Origin: Lentisphaeria bacterium
GTDB lineage: Bacteria > Verrucomicrobiota > Lentisphaeria > JABSQK01 > JAWLHB01
Direction: 5' to 3'
Assembly: GCA_041690595.1 (NCBI GenBank)
Contig: JAWLHB010000010.1
Span: forward strand, 124,001 to 188,000
DNA length: 64,000 nucleotides
Position 1 is the stretch's first letter. Every line of letters begins with the position of its first letter. This document shows positions 37,050 through 47,100 of this stretch, one piece after another. A model generated the notes under the pieces. That model had not been told where the DNA came from, did no database searches, and was given only the letters and a program-made list of their open reading frames with translations. The position numbers and the translations under genes were made by a program.

Positions 37050-37811
37050 ATGGAAACCAACGTGAAGATCATGCCCTGCCTCGACATGCGAAACGGGCGT
37101 GTGGTGAAGGGCGTACAATTTGTCGACATTCGCGATGCAGGCGATCCCGTGGAATGTGCCAGGGTCTATTGTGCGGCCGGCGCCGACGAGCTGGCGCTTC
37201 TGGACATTACCGCGACCGTCGAGAATCGGGGCACCATGCTTGACGTCGTGAGCCGCGTGGCGGAGGCCACGACGATACCGTTCACCGTCGGGGGCGGCAT
37301 ATCTGATGTGCAGTCAGCGGCTGCCGTGCTCCGCGCTGGCGCGGACAAGGTATCGACGAGCAGTGCCGTCTTCCGCCAACCCGAGCTGATCGGTCAGATG
37401 GTAAAGGAATTCGGCGACGGAAAGGTCACGGTCGCGATCGACGTGGCACGGAATCCGGCGATGCCTTCCGGTTACGAGGTCTGGATCGATGGGGGGCGTA
37501 CGGCGACGGGCAGCGATGCCATGGAGTGGGCAAAGAAGGTGAACGGTTTCGGCGTAAAGACGATTCTGCCCACGAGCAAGACCACCGACGGCGTGAAGAC
37601 CGGCTATGATCTGCCGCTGATTCGGCAGATAAAGGCGGCCACGCAGGCCGAGATCGTCGCTTCCGGTGGAGCGGGCAAGCTGGAGCACTTCCTGGAGGCC
37701 GTGGAGGCTGGCGCCACCGTCCTGCTGGCAGCATCCGTCTTTCATTTCAATATGATCGGCATTCAGGATCTGAAAGCATACCTGAGGTCGAACGGCGTCA
37801 AGCTGCCATAG
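37050..37811 (+). CDS. hisF: Imidazole glycerol phosphate synthase cyclase subunit (atypical HisF)
   Basis: PCLD, GRVVKG, GDPVE, GADEL..LDITA, PFTVGGGI, GADKVS, AID, ASGGAG, LAASVFH. Confidence 0.9.
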   Translation: METNVKIMPCLDMRNGRVVKGVQFVDIRDAGDPVECARVYCAAGADELALLDITATVENRGTMLDVVSRVAEATTIPFTVGGGISDVQSAAAVLRAGADKVSTSSAVFRQPELIGQMVKEFGDGKVTVAIDVARNPAMPSGYEVWIDGGRTATGSDAMEWAKKVNGFGVKTILPTSKTTDGVKTGYDLPLIRQIKAATQAEIVASGGAGKLEHFLEAVEAGATVLLAASVFHFNMIGIQDLKAYLRSNGVKLP

Positions 37812-37838
37812 CCGCAGTGTGACAGCAGCATCAAGAGT

Positions 37839-37874
37839 CCGGCAGTCGCGGTTTCACGCACTCGCGACCGCCGG
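37839..37874. terminator. Hairpin between convergent hisF and ettA
   Basis: CCGGCaGTCGCG-N12-CGCGACcGCCGG, with no clear U-tract. Confidence 0.45.
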
Positions 37875-37884
37875 ATGATAGCTG

Positions 37885-39555
37885 CTACAGGGCCAGCTTC
37901 TTGTACTTGCCGCGGCGATGCAGGAGGTGGTCGGCATTCCGGGCCAGCATGCTCTCTTCGTAGAGCTGGAAGTTGCCCTCGAACCATGTCAGCTTGCCGT
38001 TGCCGTCGAAGACGAGCAGGTGCGTGCAGATACGGTCGAGGAAGTAGCGATCGTGGCTGATCACCATGACGCAGCCGGTGAAGGTATTGATGGCATCTTC
38101 AAGGACACGCATGGTGGCGACATCGAGATCGTTGGTCGGCTCGTCGAGGAGCAGCATGTTGCCGCCGCGCTTGAGGAGCTTGGCAAGGTGGACGCGATTT
38201 CGTTCCCCACCCGAGAGCTGCTCGACGGGCTTCTGCTGCTGGGCGCCTCGAAAGTTGAACCGAGCGCAATAGGCCCGCCCATTGAGCTTGCGGTTGCCCA
38301 ACTCGACCTCTTCCCGGCCATCACAGATCTCCTCGTAGACGGAGCGGCCGTCAGTCAGGGAATCGCGATGCTGGTCGACATAGGCGAGCTTGACGGTTTC
38401 GCCCACTTCCAGGGTGCCGCTGTCGGGGCTTTCCTGGCCGACGATCATGCGGAAGAGGGTTGTCTTGCCGATACCGTTCGGGCCGATCACGCCGATCACC
38501 GCACCTTTGGGGATGCTGAAGGTGACATCGTCAAGCAGCGTGTTGGAGCCGTAGCTCTTGCCGAGATTCTTCGCCTCGACCACCTTGTTACCGAGGTGGG
38601 GGCCTGGAGGAATCTGGATAAGCACATCGTCTTTCTGGACCTCAAACTGCTGGGCGGAGAGCTCTTCGTAGCGACTGATACGCGCCTGCTGCTTCTTGAG
38701 GCGACCCTGTGCCGACTGGCCGATCCACTCCAGTTCGCGCGCCAGCAGGCGCTGCCGGGCCGACTGGCTCTTCTCCTGCACGCGCAGGATCTCCGCCTTC
38801 TGCTTCAGCCAGGAGCTGTAGTTGCCTTCGAAGGGCAAGCCGCGCGTGTTGTCGATCTCGAGAATCCACTTGGTGATGTTGTCGAGGAAATAGCGGTCGT
38901 GGGTGACGATCAGGACGGTGCCGTGGTAGTCGCGCAGCGTTTGTTCGAGCCAGGCCACCGTCTCCGCGTCAAGGTGGTTGGTCGGTTCGTCGAGGAGGAG
39001 GAGGTCAGGCTTGGCGAGCAGTGCCGTGGCGAGAGCGACGCGACGCCGTTCACCCCCGGAGAGCGTCTCCACGCTCGCATCGTCAGGCGGCAGGACCAGC
39101 GCGTTGGAGGCGACGTCGAGCATGCGATCCATCTCCCAGCCATCGACCTTGTTGATCTCTTCCATCAGCCGGTCGTATTCGCTGCTCACCTTCTCCATCT
39201 CGGCATCAGAGAGTTCCTCGCCCAGTTTGTCGGAGACTTCGTCGAAGCGATCGACCAGCGCCTGGACTGGCTGGAGAGCCTCCCGCAGATTCTCACGCAC
39301 CGTCTTTCCGGCGGTGAGCTGGGGTTCCTGCGGCACGAAGACGGTGCGCATGTTTCTGGTGAACTGCACATCGCCCAGGATCTCCTGGTCGAGGCCCGCG
39401 ATGATCCGCAGGAGGGTCGACTTGCCCGCGCCGTTCTCGCCCACGATGCCAATCTTGGCCCCGTAGTAGAATGACAGGCTGATGTTCTGCAGCACCGGCT
39501 TGTCGTTGTAAACCTTGGTGACATTCTTCATGTGGAAGATGAACTGTGGAGGCAT
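37885..39555 (-). CDS. ettA: ABC-F protein EttA/ChvD
   Basis: ISLSFYYGAKIG, GENGAGKST, LSGGERRRVAL, THDRYFLDN, GNYSSWL, GPNGIGKTT, LSGGERNRVHLA. AAGGAG RBS. Confidence 0.92.
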   Translation of the reverse strand: MPPQFIFHMKNVTKVYNDKPVLQNISLSFYYGAKIGIVGENGAGKSTLLRIIAGLDQEILGDVQFTRNMRTVFVPQEPQLTAGKTVRENLREALQPVQALVDRFDEVSDKLGEELSDAEMEKVSSEYDRLMEEINKVDGWEMDRMLDVASNALVLPPDDASVETLSGGERRRVALATALLAKPDLLLLDEPTNHLDAETVAWLEQTLRDYHGTVLIVTHDRYFLDNITKWILEIDNTRGLPFEGNYSSWLKQKAEILRVQEKSQSARQRLLARELEWIGQSAQGRLKKQQARISRYEELSAQQFEVQKDDVLIQIPPGPHLGNKVVEAKNLGKSYGSNTLLDDVTFSIPKGAVIGVIGPNGIGKTTLFRMIVGQESPDSGTLEVGETVKLAYVDQHRDSLTDGRSVYEEICDGREEVELGNRKLNGRAYCARFNFRGAQQQKPVEQLSGGERNRVHLAKLLKRGGNMLLLDEPTNDLDVATMRVLEDAINTFTGCVMVISHDRYFLDRICTHLLVFDGNGKLTWFEGNFQLYEESMLARNADHLLHRRGKYKKLAL

Positions 39556-39686
39556 GCGCGGTAGGCTCCTTTGGTCGCCGGGTCGACGTGATGGGGCAAG
39601 ATCGGGGAAAGAAAATAGGCAAACCCATAAGATAGCAATCCTCTTCTCGGAAGCGACCACATCACCACAATTTTAGCGGCGACGGG

Positions 39687-41153
39687 CTAGTGCGGCGGCT
39701 CCCGCAGCCATGCCTGCAGTGCGGGCGGCATCGGCCAGTCGAGCATGACATGCTGATCGCGCAGCGCGGCGCGCAGTACATCCGGCGGCACATCGGGAAA
39801 GTCGGCGCGCGAGTTGACTGCGATGGCAGCGGCCGTGCCGGCGGCCTGGCCAAGCTGCATCATGGTGCGGCTCAGCCGGCAACTCGACGCGGCAATGCTG
39901 GAGAATCCGGCGGCACGACCGGCAATCAGCAGGTTGCGCCAGCCTTTCGGGATCAGGCACCGGAAAGGAACCCCATACGGTTCATCGACTTCCGCGCACC
40001 CGCCTCCCTCACCATGGCGGTCGAGTGCATGGTCGGCGATGGCCACCATATCGGGGTCGGTCTGACGATGAAGGCCGAGCAGGATGTCATTCTCCGTGAG
40101 CATCTTCTCGCAGACGACGCGGCGGCTCTCGCGTATGCCGAGCATCGGGGCAATCCACGTCAAGCGGTAGGTGCGAAACTCGGGCCAGCGGGTCTGAATG
40201 AAGTGCCAGTGGGCCTTGACCCGGCGGACGCATTCGTCGTAGGCGGCCTGGTAGCCGAGACGGATCCGCTCGCGCCCTTCCATGGTAGGCAGCATGTTGC
40301 AGTTGCGACCGCCATCGGGATACTGGACGCAGCTCATCGGCGGAAAGTGCCTGGCCCACCAGCAGGCCGCGGTTATTCCCGCTGGCAGCGGCTCGATGGC
40401 CTCATCATGGCCAGGCATGATCTTGTAGATGAGCGTCACCGCATTGACGGCATCCGAAGGCAACTCTGGAGCGCCTGCTTCGCCAAAGCGGCTCCAGGGA
40501 TCTGTGCCCCGCAGGGTTTCGCAGCCGAGGGCATGGCAGAAGATGCCGCCGGTTGCATCGACCCACATGGGGGCGCGCAGCTCGCTGCCATCCCCCAGTT
40601 GGACCGCCTCCACCCTACCCCCCGCGGCGCGCACCCCAGAGAAGGCGGTGCCGAGATGAAGGGCCACGTTGGTTTCCTCCAGCATGGACTGTATCGTCTC
40701 CGCCATCCTCTCCGGCAGAAAGGGGATGCCATGCCAATGCTCGCGACACCAGGCTTCGCTCTTGGGCTGTCCGGGGCCGGGATGGCGGCGTAGCGTATCG
40801 AGGTAACTGCGCCGCGGATCGATGAGCAGCTCGCCGCCGGGGAAATTGACCTTGTCGAGCCGATCCGGCCAATGGAAGCCATCCTGCCAGCAGAAGTGGC
40901 GACCATAGGAGTAGATGCCGATGGCCTCGGGATGCTCACGCCTGATCCGGCGGTAGATATCGTAGGGTATGCCCGTTCCCCCGACGCCCATCTCCCAGCA
41001 GTTTACGCCACCTTCCGTGGCCGTGCCGCCGAGCATGGCGCCACGTTCCGCCATGGCCACCTTCATCCCCATGCGGGCGGCGGCCAGGGCAGCCGCGCAA
41101 CCGGCGCTTCCACCACCGATCACAATCACATCGTAAGCGTCAGTGTGCACCAT
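39687..41153 (-). CDS. FAD-dependent oxidoreductase (FAD_oxidored family)
   Basis: YDVIVIGGGSAG, LGGTAT, VDATG, GIRESRRV, YGVPFRCLIP, LIAGR, GQAAG. Start is uncertain (41153 or 41186). Confidence 0.85.
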   Translation of the reverse strand: MVHTDAYDVIVIGGGSAGCAAALAAARMGMKVAMAERGAMLGGTATEGGVNCWEMGVGGTGIPYDIYRRIRREHPEAIGIYSYGRHFCWQDGFHWPDRLDKVNFPGGELLIDPRRSYLDTLRRHPGPGQPKSEAWCREHWHGIPFLPERMAETIQSMLEETNVALHLGTAFSGVRAAGGRVEAVQLGDGSELRAPMWVDATGGIFCHALGCETLRGTDPWSRFGEAGAPELPSDAVNAVTLIYKIMPGHDEAIEPLPAGITAACWWARHFPPMSCVQYPDGGRNCNMLPTMEGRERIRLGYQAAYDECVRRVKAHWHFIQTRWPEFRTYRLTWIAPMLGIRESRRVVCEKMLTENDILLGLHRQTDPDMVAIADHALDRHGEGGGCAEVDEPYGVPFRCLIPKGWRNLLIAGRAAGFSSIAASSCRLSRTMMQLGQAAGTAAAIAVNSRADFPDVPPDVLRAALRDQHVMLDWPMPPALQAWLREPPH

Positions 41154-41362
41154 CTCCACAGCTCCAACAGGATTCTCGCATTCCATCAGCGCCTCGACCG
41201 ACACCATTCGGCGTCGTCGTCGCCATCTTGAAGTATGTGCCGCATTCCCGTGGCAGTCAAACCAGAATCCGAAGTCCGCGCGTTGAAAAGGCCGCCGAAC
41301 TGCGCACAGTACATGCGTCTCTGCCTCCCCATGGAGACCACAACCCGAAGCAAGGATCTCCG

Positions 41363-42484
41363 ATGACAGACGTGGGCTCGACGTTAACATCCCCTGCTGG
41401 CTTCACGGCGGAACGCTGGGCGGCGGTACGCAAGATCTACCGGGCATGGTGGCGCGATGAGCTTGAGCGTCCGGTGATTGCCGTGACAGTGCATGAATGC
41501 GAGGCGGAACGCTCGGTCCCGGAGCTGGCGCCGCAAAACGTGGATGCCGCTTACGACTTCACTATACCCGCGGAAAAGGTGGTGGATGTCTGGGATTACA
41601 GGCTGGCCCGGCAACGGTATATGGGGGACGCCTTCGCCAATGTCCGTCCCGTTTTCGGACCAGGACACAACGCCGTCTTCCATGGTGCGGTACCGAAGAT
41701 TCAGCCGTCTACGGTCTGGTGCCATCCCTGTCCGATAACGGCGATCGAAGAGCTGAACATACGCCTCGATCGGCAGCACCCCTGGTTGCTTCGGCAATGC
41801 GACCTGTATCGTGCGGCAGCGCGACGCTGGCAGGGCGGTGTCTGCCTGGCCATGTCCGACATTGTCTCCAGTCTTGATCCGCTGGCCGCCCTGCGCGGTG
41901 CCGAACAACTTCTGCTCGATCTCTGCGACTCGCCGCACCAAGTTGAACGGCTGGTCTGGGAGACCCACGAGGCATACTGGCAGACCTTCGATTGCTTGGA
42001 CACTGTCTTTCGCTCCACCAATCCGGGTTGGACCGCCTGGGATCAGATCCTTTCGGATGAGCCCTATATCATGCAGCAGTGCGATTTTGCCTACATGATC
42101 AGCCCAGCCATGTTCAAACGCTTTGTGCTGCCTGAATTGCGCGCATCCTGTCGCCGCATGACCAACAGCTTCTATCACCTTGATGGTGTCGGGCAGTTGC
42201 CGCACTTGGACCTGCTTCTGTCAATCGAGGAGCTCAGCGGCATCCAGTGGATTCCAGGGGCCGGCCAACCGGGCTACGACCATTGGATCGACTGCTATCG
42301 ACGCATCCGCGCCGCCGGCAAGAAGATCCAGTTGTTCGGCCCATCGCGGGAGGTCGTCGACCGCATCGCCGATGCGCTGGGTTCGTTGCGCGGCTTCATG
42401 ATCGTGCACGGCTGTTCCATCACCGATGACCTCGATGCGGTGGAGCGCTGGTTGGCGTCTCATGGCGTGAATCCTGTAGACTGA
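41363..42484 (+). CDS. URO-D/MtaA-CmuA-fold protein (copy 1, HxD motif)
   Basis: LAALRGAEQLLLDLCDSP, QCDFAYMISPAMFKRFVLP, FYHLDG, IQWIPGAG. Confidence 0.75.
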   Translation: MTDVGSTLTSPAGFTAERWAAVRKIYRAWWRDELERPVIAVTVHECEAERSVPELAPQNVDAAYDFTIPAEKVVDVWDYRLARQRYMGDAFANVRPVFGPGHNAVFHGAVPKIQPSTVWCHPCPITAIEELNIRLDRQHPWLLRQCDLYRAAARRWQGGVCLAMSDIVSSLDPLAALRGAEQLLLDLCDSPHQVERLVWETHEAYWQTFDCLDTVFRSTNPGWTAWDQILSDEPYIMQQCDFAYMISPAMFKRFVLPELRASCRRMTNSFYHLDGVGQLPHLDLLLSIEELSGIQWIPGAGQPGYDHWIDCYRRIRAAGKKIQLFGPSREVVDRIADALGSLRGFMIVHGCSITDDLDAVERWLASHGVNPVD

Positions 42485-42495
42485 CAGAATCTGCG

Positions 42496-42618
42496 ATGGC
42501 AACCCAATACTACACTGCCGCAAGCCTCGATGGCTTCCTCGCAACGGAGGATGACTCCCTCGACTGGCTCAGATCGCCGCCGCCGATCCGCAATCACAGT
42601 GCAGGTGACTCTACCTGA
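42496..42618 (+). pseudogene. Truncated RibD C-terminal/dihydrofolate-reductase-family gene stub (not in ORF track)
   Basis: Translated by hand: MATQYYTAASLDGFLATEDDSLDWL then unrelated sequence and a stop at 40 aa. SLDGF.A...D...W is the family's N-terminal motif. Confidence 0.7.
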
Positions 42619-43609
42619 ATGAAAGATCACCCTCCCAGCAGCAATGCCCCACCTGTCAAGCAGGCCAAACGCAGGAAGCTCGACCCATGGGGGCTATTGT
42701 CCGCGGCTCTTTTCGTCGTTGCAGTGCTGACCGCGGCCGGCTTTTTCAGCAGGTTCTGGTGGCCCATGGATATTGCCTCCGGGCTTCGATTCCAATATGT
42801 GGAGATTTCACTGGTCGCAGCTGTGATCTACGCGATGGGCAGGCGAAAACGACAGGGCCGGCGTCGCCCTGCTCATCGTGGCCGTCAACGGAGCACTCAT
42901 CGCGCCCCTGTATTTCGGTAAGGGTACTGAACCGGGGATCGCGCCTTGCCGGATGCTGCTCGTCAATGTCAGAAGCGACAATACCCACTACGCACGCGTA
43001 CTTGAGCTTGTAGAAGCCGAGAATCCGGACGTTGTCATTCTGGAAGAACTCAACCAGGATTGGATCGATGCGCTGACAGAGCTTAGAAGGAGCTATCCGC
43101 ACCACGTCGAGTATCCAGAGGAAGACAATTTTGGCATAGGGTTTTACACGAAGCTGCCAGTCGCCAGTATGGAAATAAAGTTCATCGGGGAACTCCAGGT
43201 TGCGTCGGTACACGCGGTCATCCAGCATGGAGGCACGGAATGGAACGTGATCGGCACCCATCCGGTGCCACCTGGAGGGGGCGATTATTGGCATTGGCGC
43301 AACAACCAGATGGATGAACTCGCTTCCTACATTCAAACTCTGGATGGCCACGTGGTTCTTCTCGGGGACCTCAACATGACACCCTGGTCCCATTTCTTTG
43401 GCAAATTCTGCGACGAAGCTCAGCTCCGCCATGGAGGCAAAGGGTTTGGGCTCGGCATCAGCTGGCCCACCTTCTTCCTCCCGCTCGGCAAGCCGATAGA
43501 TCATTGTCTGCTTTCCTCCGGAGTTGTCGCCCGCGACCACCGAATCGGAACGAGCATTGGATCCGATCATTACCCCGTCATCGTCGATTTGGCCCTTGCG
43601 GAACCATGA
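42619..43609 (+). pseudogene. Membrane-anchored EEP (YafD-like) protein split by a +1 frameshift
   Basis: The TM N-terminus (42619 frame) joins the EEP domain (NV, LEE, HP.PP, GDLN.TPWS, IDH, GSDHYP) if one G of GGG at about 42855-42857 is removed. May be a sequencing error. Confidence 0.7.
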
Positions 43610-43704
43610 AGACTCCGCTTATGCACCTACAGTAGAAGTGGCGGCGTTCACGTCGCGTTCCAGGTTCAGAACTCCATATCATTGTGTGACCAGGGGTTAT
43701 CTGC

Positions 43705-44067
43705 ATGAAGAAACGGTTGACAGGAAAATCACCTTCCGCTCGCGAATTGGCGGAAGCGAAAAGAATCGCGGCACTACTGCCTGAGCTTCAGAAGACTCAT
43801 CCTCGAGCGGTGAAAGCCGACCATTCGAAGCTGGATCACATCAACACGTACGGGAGTCTCCCCGACTATTATATCGAAAAGCCCTTCACGTGTCGGGACT
43901 GCGGAGCAGAGGAAATCTGGCGGGCAGTGGATCAGAAGTGGTACTACGAGGAAGCGAAAGGCCACATCGATGCAAGAGCCGTCAGATGCCACGCCTGCCG
44001 AGCCTCCCGCAAGAAGGGCATCGCCCCAGATTCGGCAGGCGACAACGACTCGCAGCCGAAGCATTGA
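43705..44067 (+). CDS. Zinc-ribbon domain protein
   Basis: FTCRDCG.......QKWYYE..........RCHACR. Confidence 0.8.
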   Translation: MKKRLTGKSPSARELAEAKRIAALLPELQKTHPRAVKADHSKLDHINTYGSLPDYYIEKPFTCRDCGAEEIWRAVDQKWYYEEAKGHIDARAVRCHACRASRKKGIAPDSAGDNDSQPKH

Positions 44068-44166
44068 CCCATACTTGAAAGCCATTGCCCCGAGTAACGG
44101 CGATTTCTCAAAGACAAACAAGTTCGATCGATGAAAATGAGTTCCGCCATTACCTTTCTGGTCTTC

Positions 44167-47100
44167 TCAGTCCGCGCCCAGGAGGCGCAGTTCCGGGAGG
44201 GCCGCACCTCGGAGCTGCTCACGGTAGCCTCTGGCTGTGTCTTTGTCGGCGCGGCCCACAAGCTGGTAGGCCAGCGGTACAAGCTCACGGCGCTCCGTCA
44301 CGGCGAGAAGCGCGATGGCAGCGTCGGCCTGCGGTCCGGTCAAGTGCGGCACCAGACGCTCGAAACGGGCGGCATCCTCGCGTGCCCAGCGCTCCACCCG
44401 CTTGAGCTGCTCGAACTCGCGCGTGAGCGTCTTGCGTTGCTTCAGCGTGAGCTTGAAAGACGTGCCGCCAAAGAGATTCTTGACCATGGACATATGGCCG
44501 CTCTTCAGGTCGCGAACGCGTTCGAGTTGGGCACCGTAGAGCGGTAAGGCGAGGCGTATCGCATCCGGCACCTTCTGCTGGAGCAACAGCGTAGCGGCAA
44601 GGCTGCGAAACTCCTGGTCTTCCTGTTCGGCCCAGGCAAGCAGCAAAGGGATGGCGCGCGGATCACCCACCCGCCCGAGAGCCAACACAGCTTCCCGGCG
44701 GACGAGTTGATCATCGTGACTCAGACCTCGCTCCAACACCGGCAGGTGCTGGCGGTTCTGCGCCAGCCCGATGAGACGGCAGGCGATGGCGCGCAACGGC
44801 GGCAGTTCACTATCCACCAGACGGTCCGCCAAGGGGGCAAATGTGGCGTCGAGGTACGGCGACACAGCGTCGGTGACCGCGAAGAGCACCTCCGGCTCGA
44901 CAATCTTTCGCTGGTACTCGACAATGCATTCGAGCAGCGCACTGGCAGTCTGACGGTCAATAACGTTGACGGTCGCGGCGGCGAGTCGCTTGGTCAGTTC
45001 GTCTCCCTCAAGATAAGCGGCCTCCATCAACAGTGCCTGCGGATCCGGAGCCTTCGGATCGAGCTGGCGTGCCTGGTCGCTGATCTCAACGCGTTCGTCG
45101 GCGCCTTGCGCCAGCCAGCCGATACAACCAGCTACCACGTCAGGCCAGTGGCGCCATTGCCAGTAGGGCTCGAAGTCGCCGGCAGGCTCACCGTGCTGAT
45201 TCATGAGCACCACCACCACCCGTCCCTTGCCATATTGGCCCGCAACGATGGCCGGATGCTCGCCGGCACGGAGCCAGATGTCGGCTCCAGGTTTGAGCGG
45301 CGAAGTATCCACATACATGGCGCTCGGTGCGGTGTCCCAGTCGATACGCGGCGAGAACCGATCTTCCATGGCAGGCTCCGGCTTCAGCGCAAAGCCATGC
45401 TCGACATCCATCGCCCACCGGTCGTAACCCTCGATGCGGATGGGCATGAGGTCCGCAAGATGGCTATTGTGATCGAGACCGCGGGAGAGATTGAAGGTAC
45501 CGCCGAAGATGAGCAGACCGCCGCCCTGCTGAACGAAGTCTTTGATCATGATGCGCCGGGCCAGGCCAATGTCCGCCGCGTGAACGTTGTCGAGGATGAC
45601 CACATCGTGCGCGAACAGCTCCGGATAGGTCGCCGGAAACTCGTCGAGTTCCCAGCGGACACCACTGTCGTAGTGGCGATCCTGCCAGGAGACGGTGCGC
45701 CGCCCTCCGCCACGAAGGCCGATCGCCGCATCCACCGCGTTGAGCCACGAGAAGACGCCCCGGGCGTGATGGACATCGAGCTCGCCGTTGCGATGGAGCA
45801 CCAGGTCACGCGGCCGCTCGAGTTCCTCATCGAACTCCTTGACCATCTCGGGCTTACCTTCGTCTTCGGCGTCGAGGTTGACGACGAGGTCGTAGTTCAC
45901 ACGGCGTTCGTCATCCATTGGCGTGAGTTCGCGGGCGCGCAGACCGCGCGTGACGGTATCCTGGAGCTGCTTGCGCTTCGTTTCGCGCGCCAGCTCAATA
46001 TCGGCAAGGGCCTCGTTGGCAGCCTCGATTGGCGTCGTCAGCGGCAGGGGGTCGGTGGTGAAGGCGGCGCCATTCGTCGTGCGCAGCTCGAAGACCACAA
46101 TGCTCCAGGTGCGCACAGCAGGTACAACGACCTCGCAACGCCCATCGACCTGTTGGCTGGTCAGCGGCTCGTGGCCACCGGCCAAATCGGGCGAGAGATG
46201 GAGCTCGGCCGACACGACGCATCCCTCCGGCACGGCCAGTGAAAACGTCACATTCCGCCGCGTGCGGGCAGGTGCCTGGTAACGATCGCAGAAGGCCGGG
46301 TACCGGGGCGGATTGATAACGTTGACAAGCAGCTGCTTGCGATCGACAGCGATGTCTCGCACCCAGCACGACGACTCCCAGAGGAGAGGGTAGCTACTAT
46401 CGCCCTCGTCGACGTCGTCCGATGTCCGCAAGTCGAGCACGCGCCGCGGGTCGGCAACACGCTTGGTGTCATCCCAGACAAAGGCGGAGTAGCGAGTAAG
46501 AAATCGGGTCAAGTTGCCATACGGCCACTCGCCGGGCGAGGTGATGTACGTGTACCGCTCGCCAGCAGCCAGCCCCATGAGCACGTTGTAGATAAGGTCG
46601 TGCTGCGAGGCCATATCGAAGACGATGTAAAGCGGCAGACCGCCAGCACGCTTGATGTAATCGGCTTCGCGGGCAATCGCGGTGTAAAACTCGTGCGGGC
46701 GGCCATATGCCCAGTTGGTATGGCTGAAGCCACGAGCGCCCTCATCCATGAGCAGACCGTGATCCCGGCAGACCTCGAGAAAATCATCAACTGGCAGAGC
46801 AGGCACAAAGGTCACGGCCTCTGGATCCCAGGGGACGTTGTTGTAGCCATGCACAAAGTCGGGAAAGGCAGCGTTCACCCGAGCCTTGAAGCGGGCCATG
46901 CTGCCGTCAAAGTGGCCATCCCAGCGAACCCCGTCCCAGCCGAACATGCGCACGCTCTCGATGATCGCATCGGCGCCATGGTCCACGGTTGCCGGGTTGT
47001 CATGCCAGTTGCAGACGAGGTTGATCCAGTCTCGCCACCCGCCCTCGATGGGCGGCACGCCGATCTTGTAGTCGTTCGCCAGCATCCGCTCGAGCAGGAA

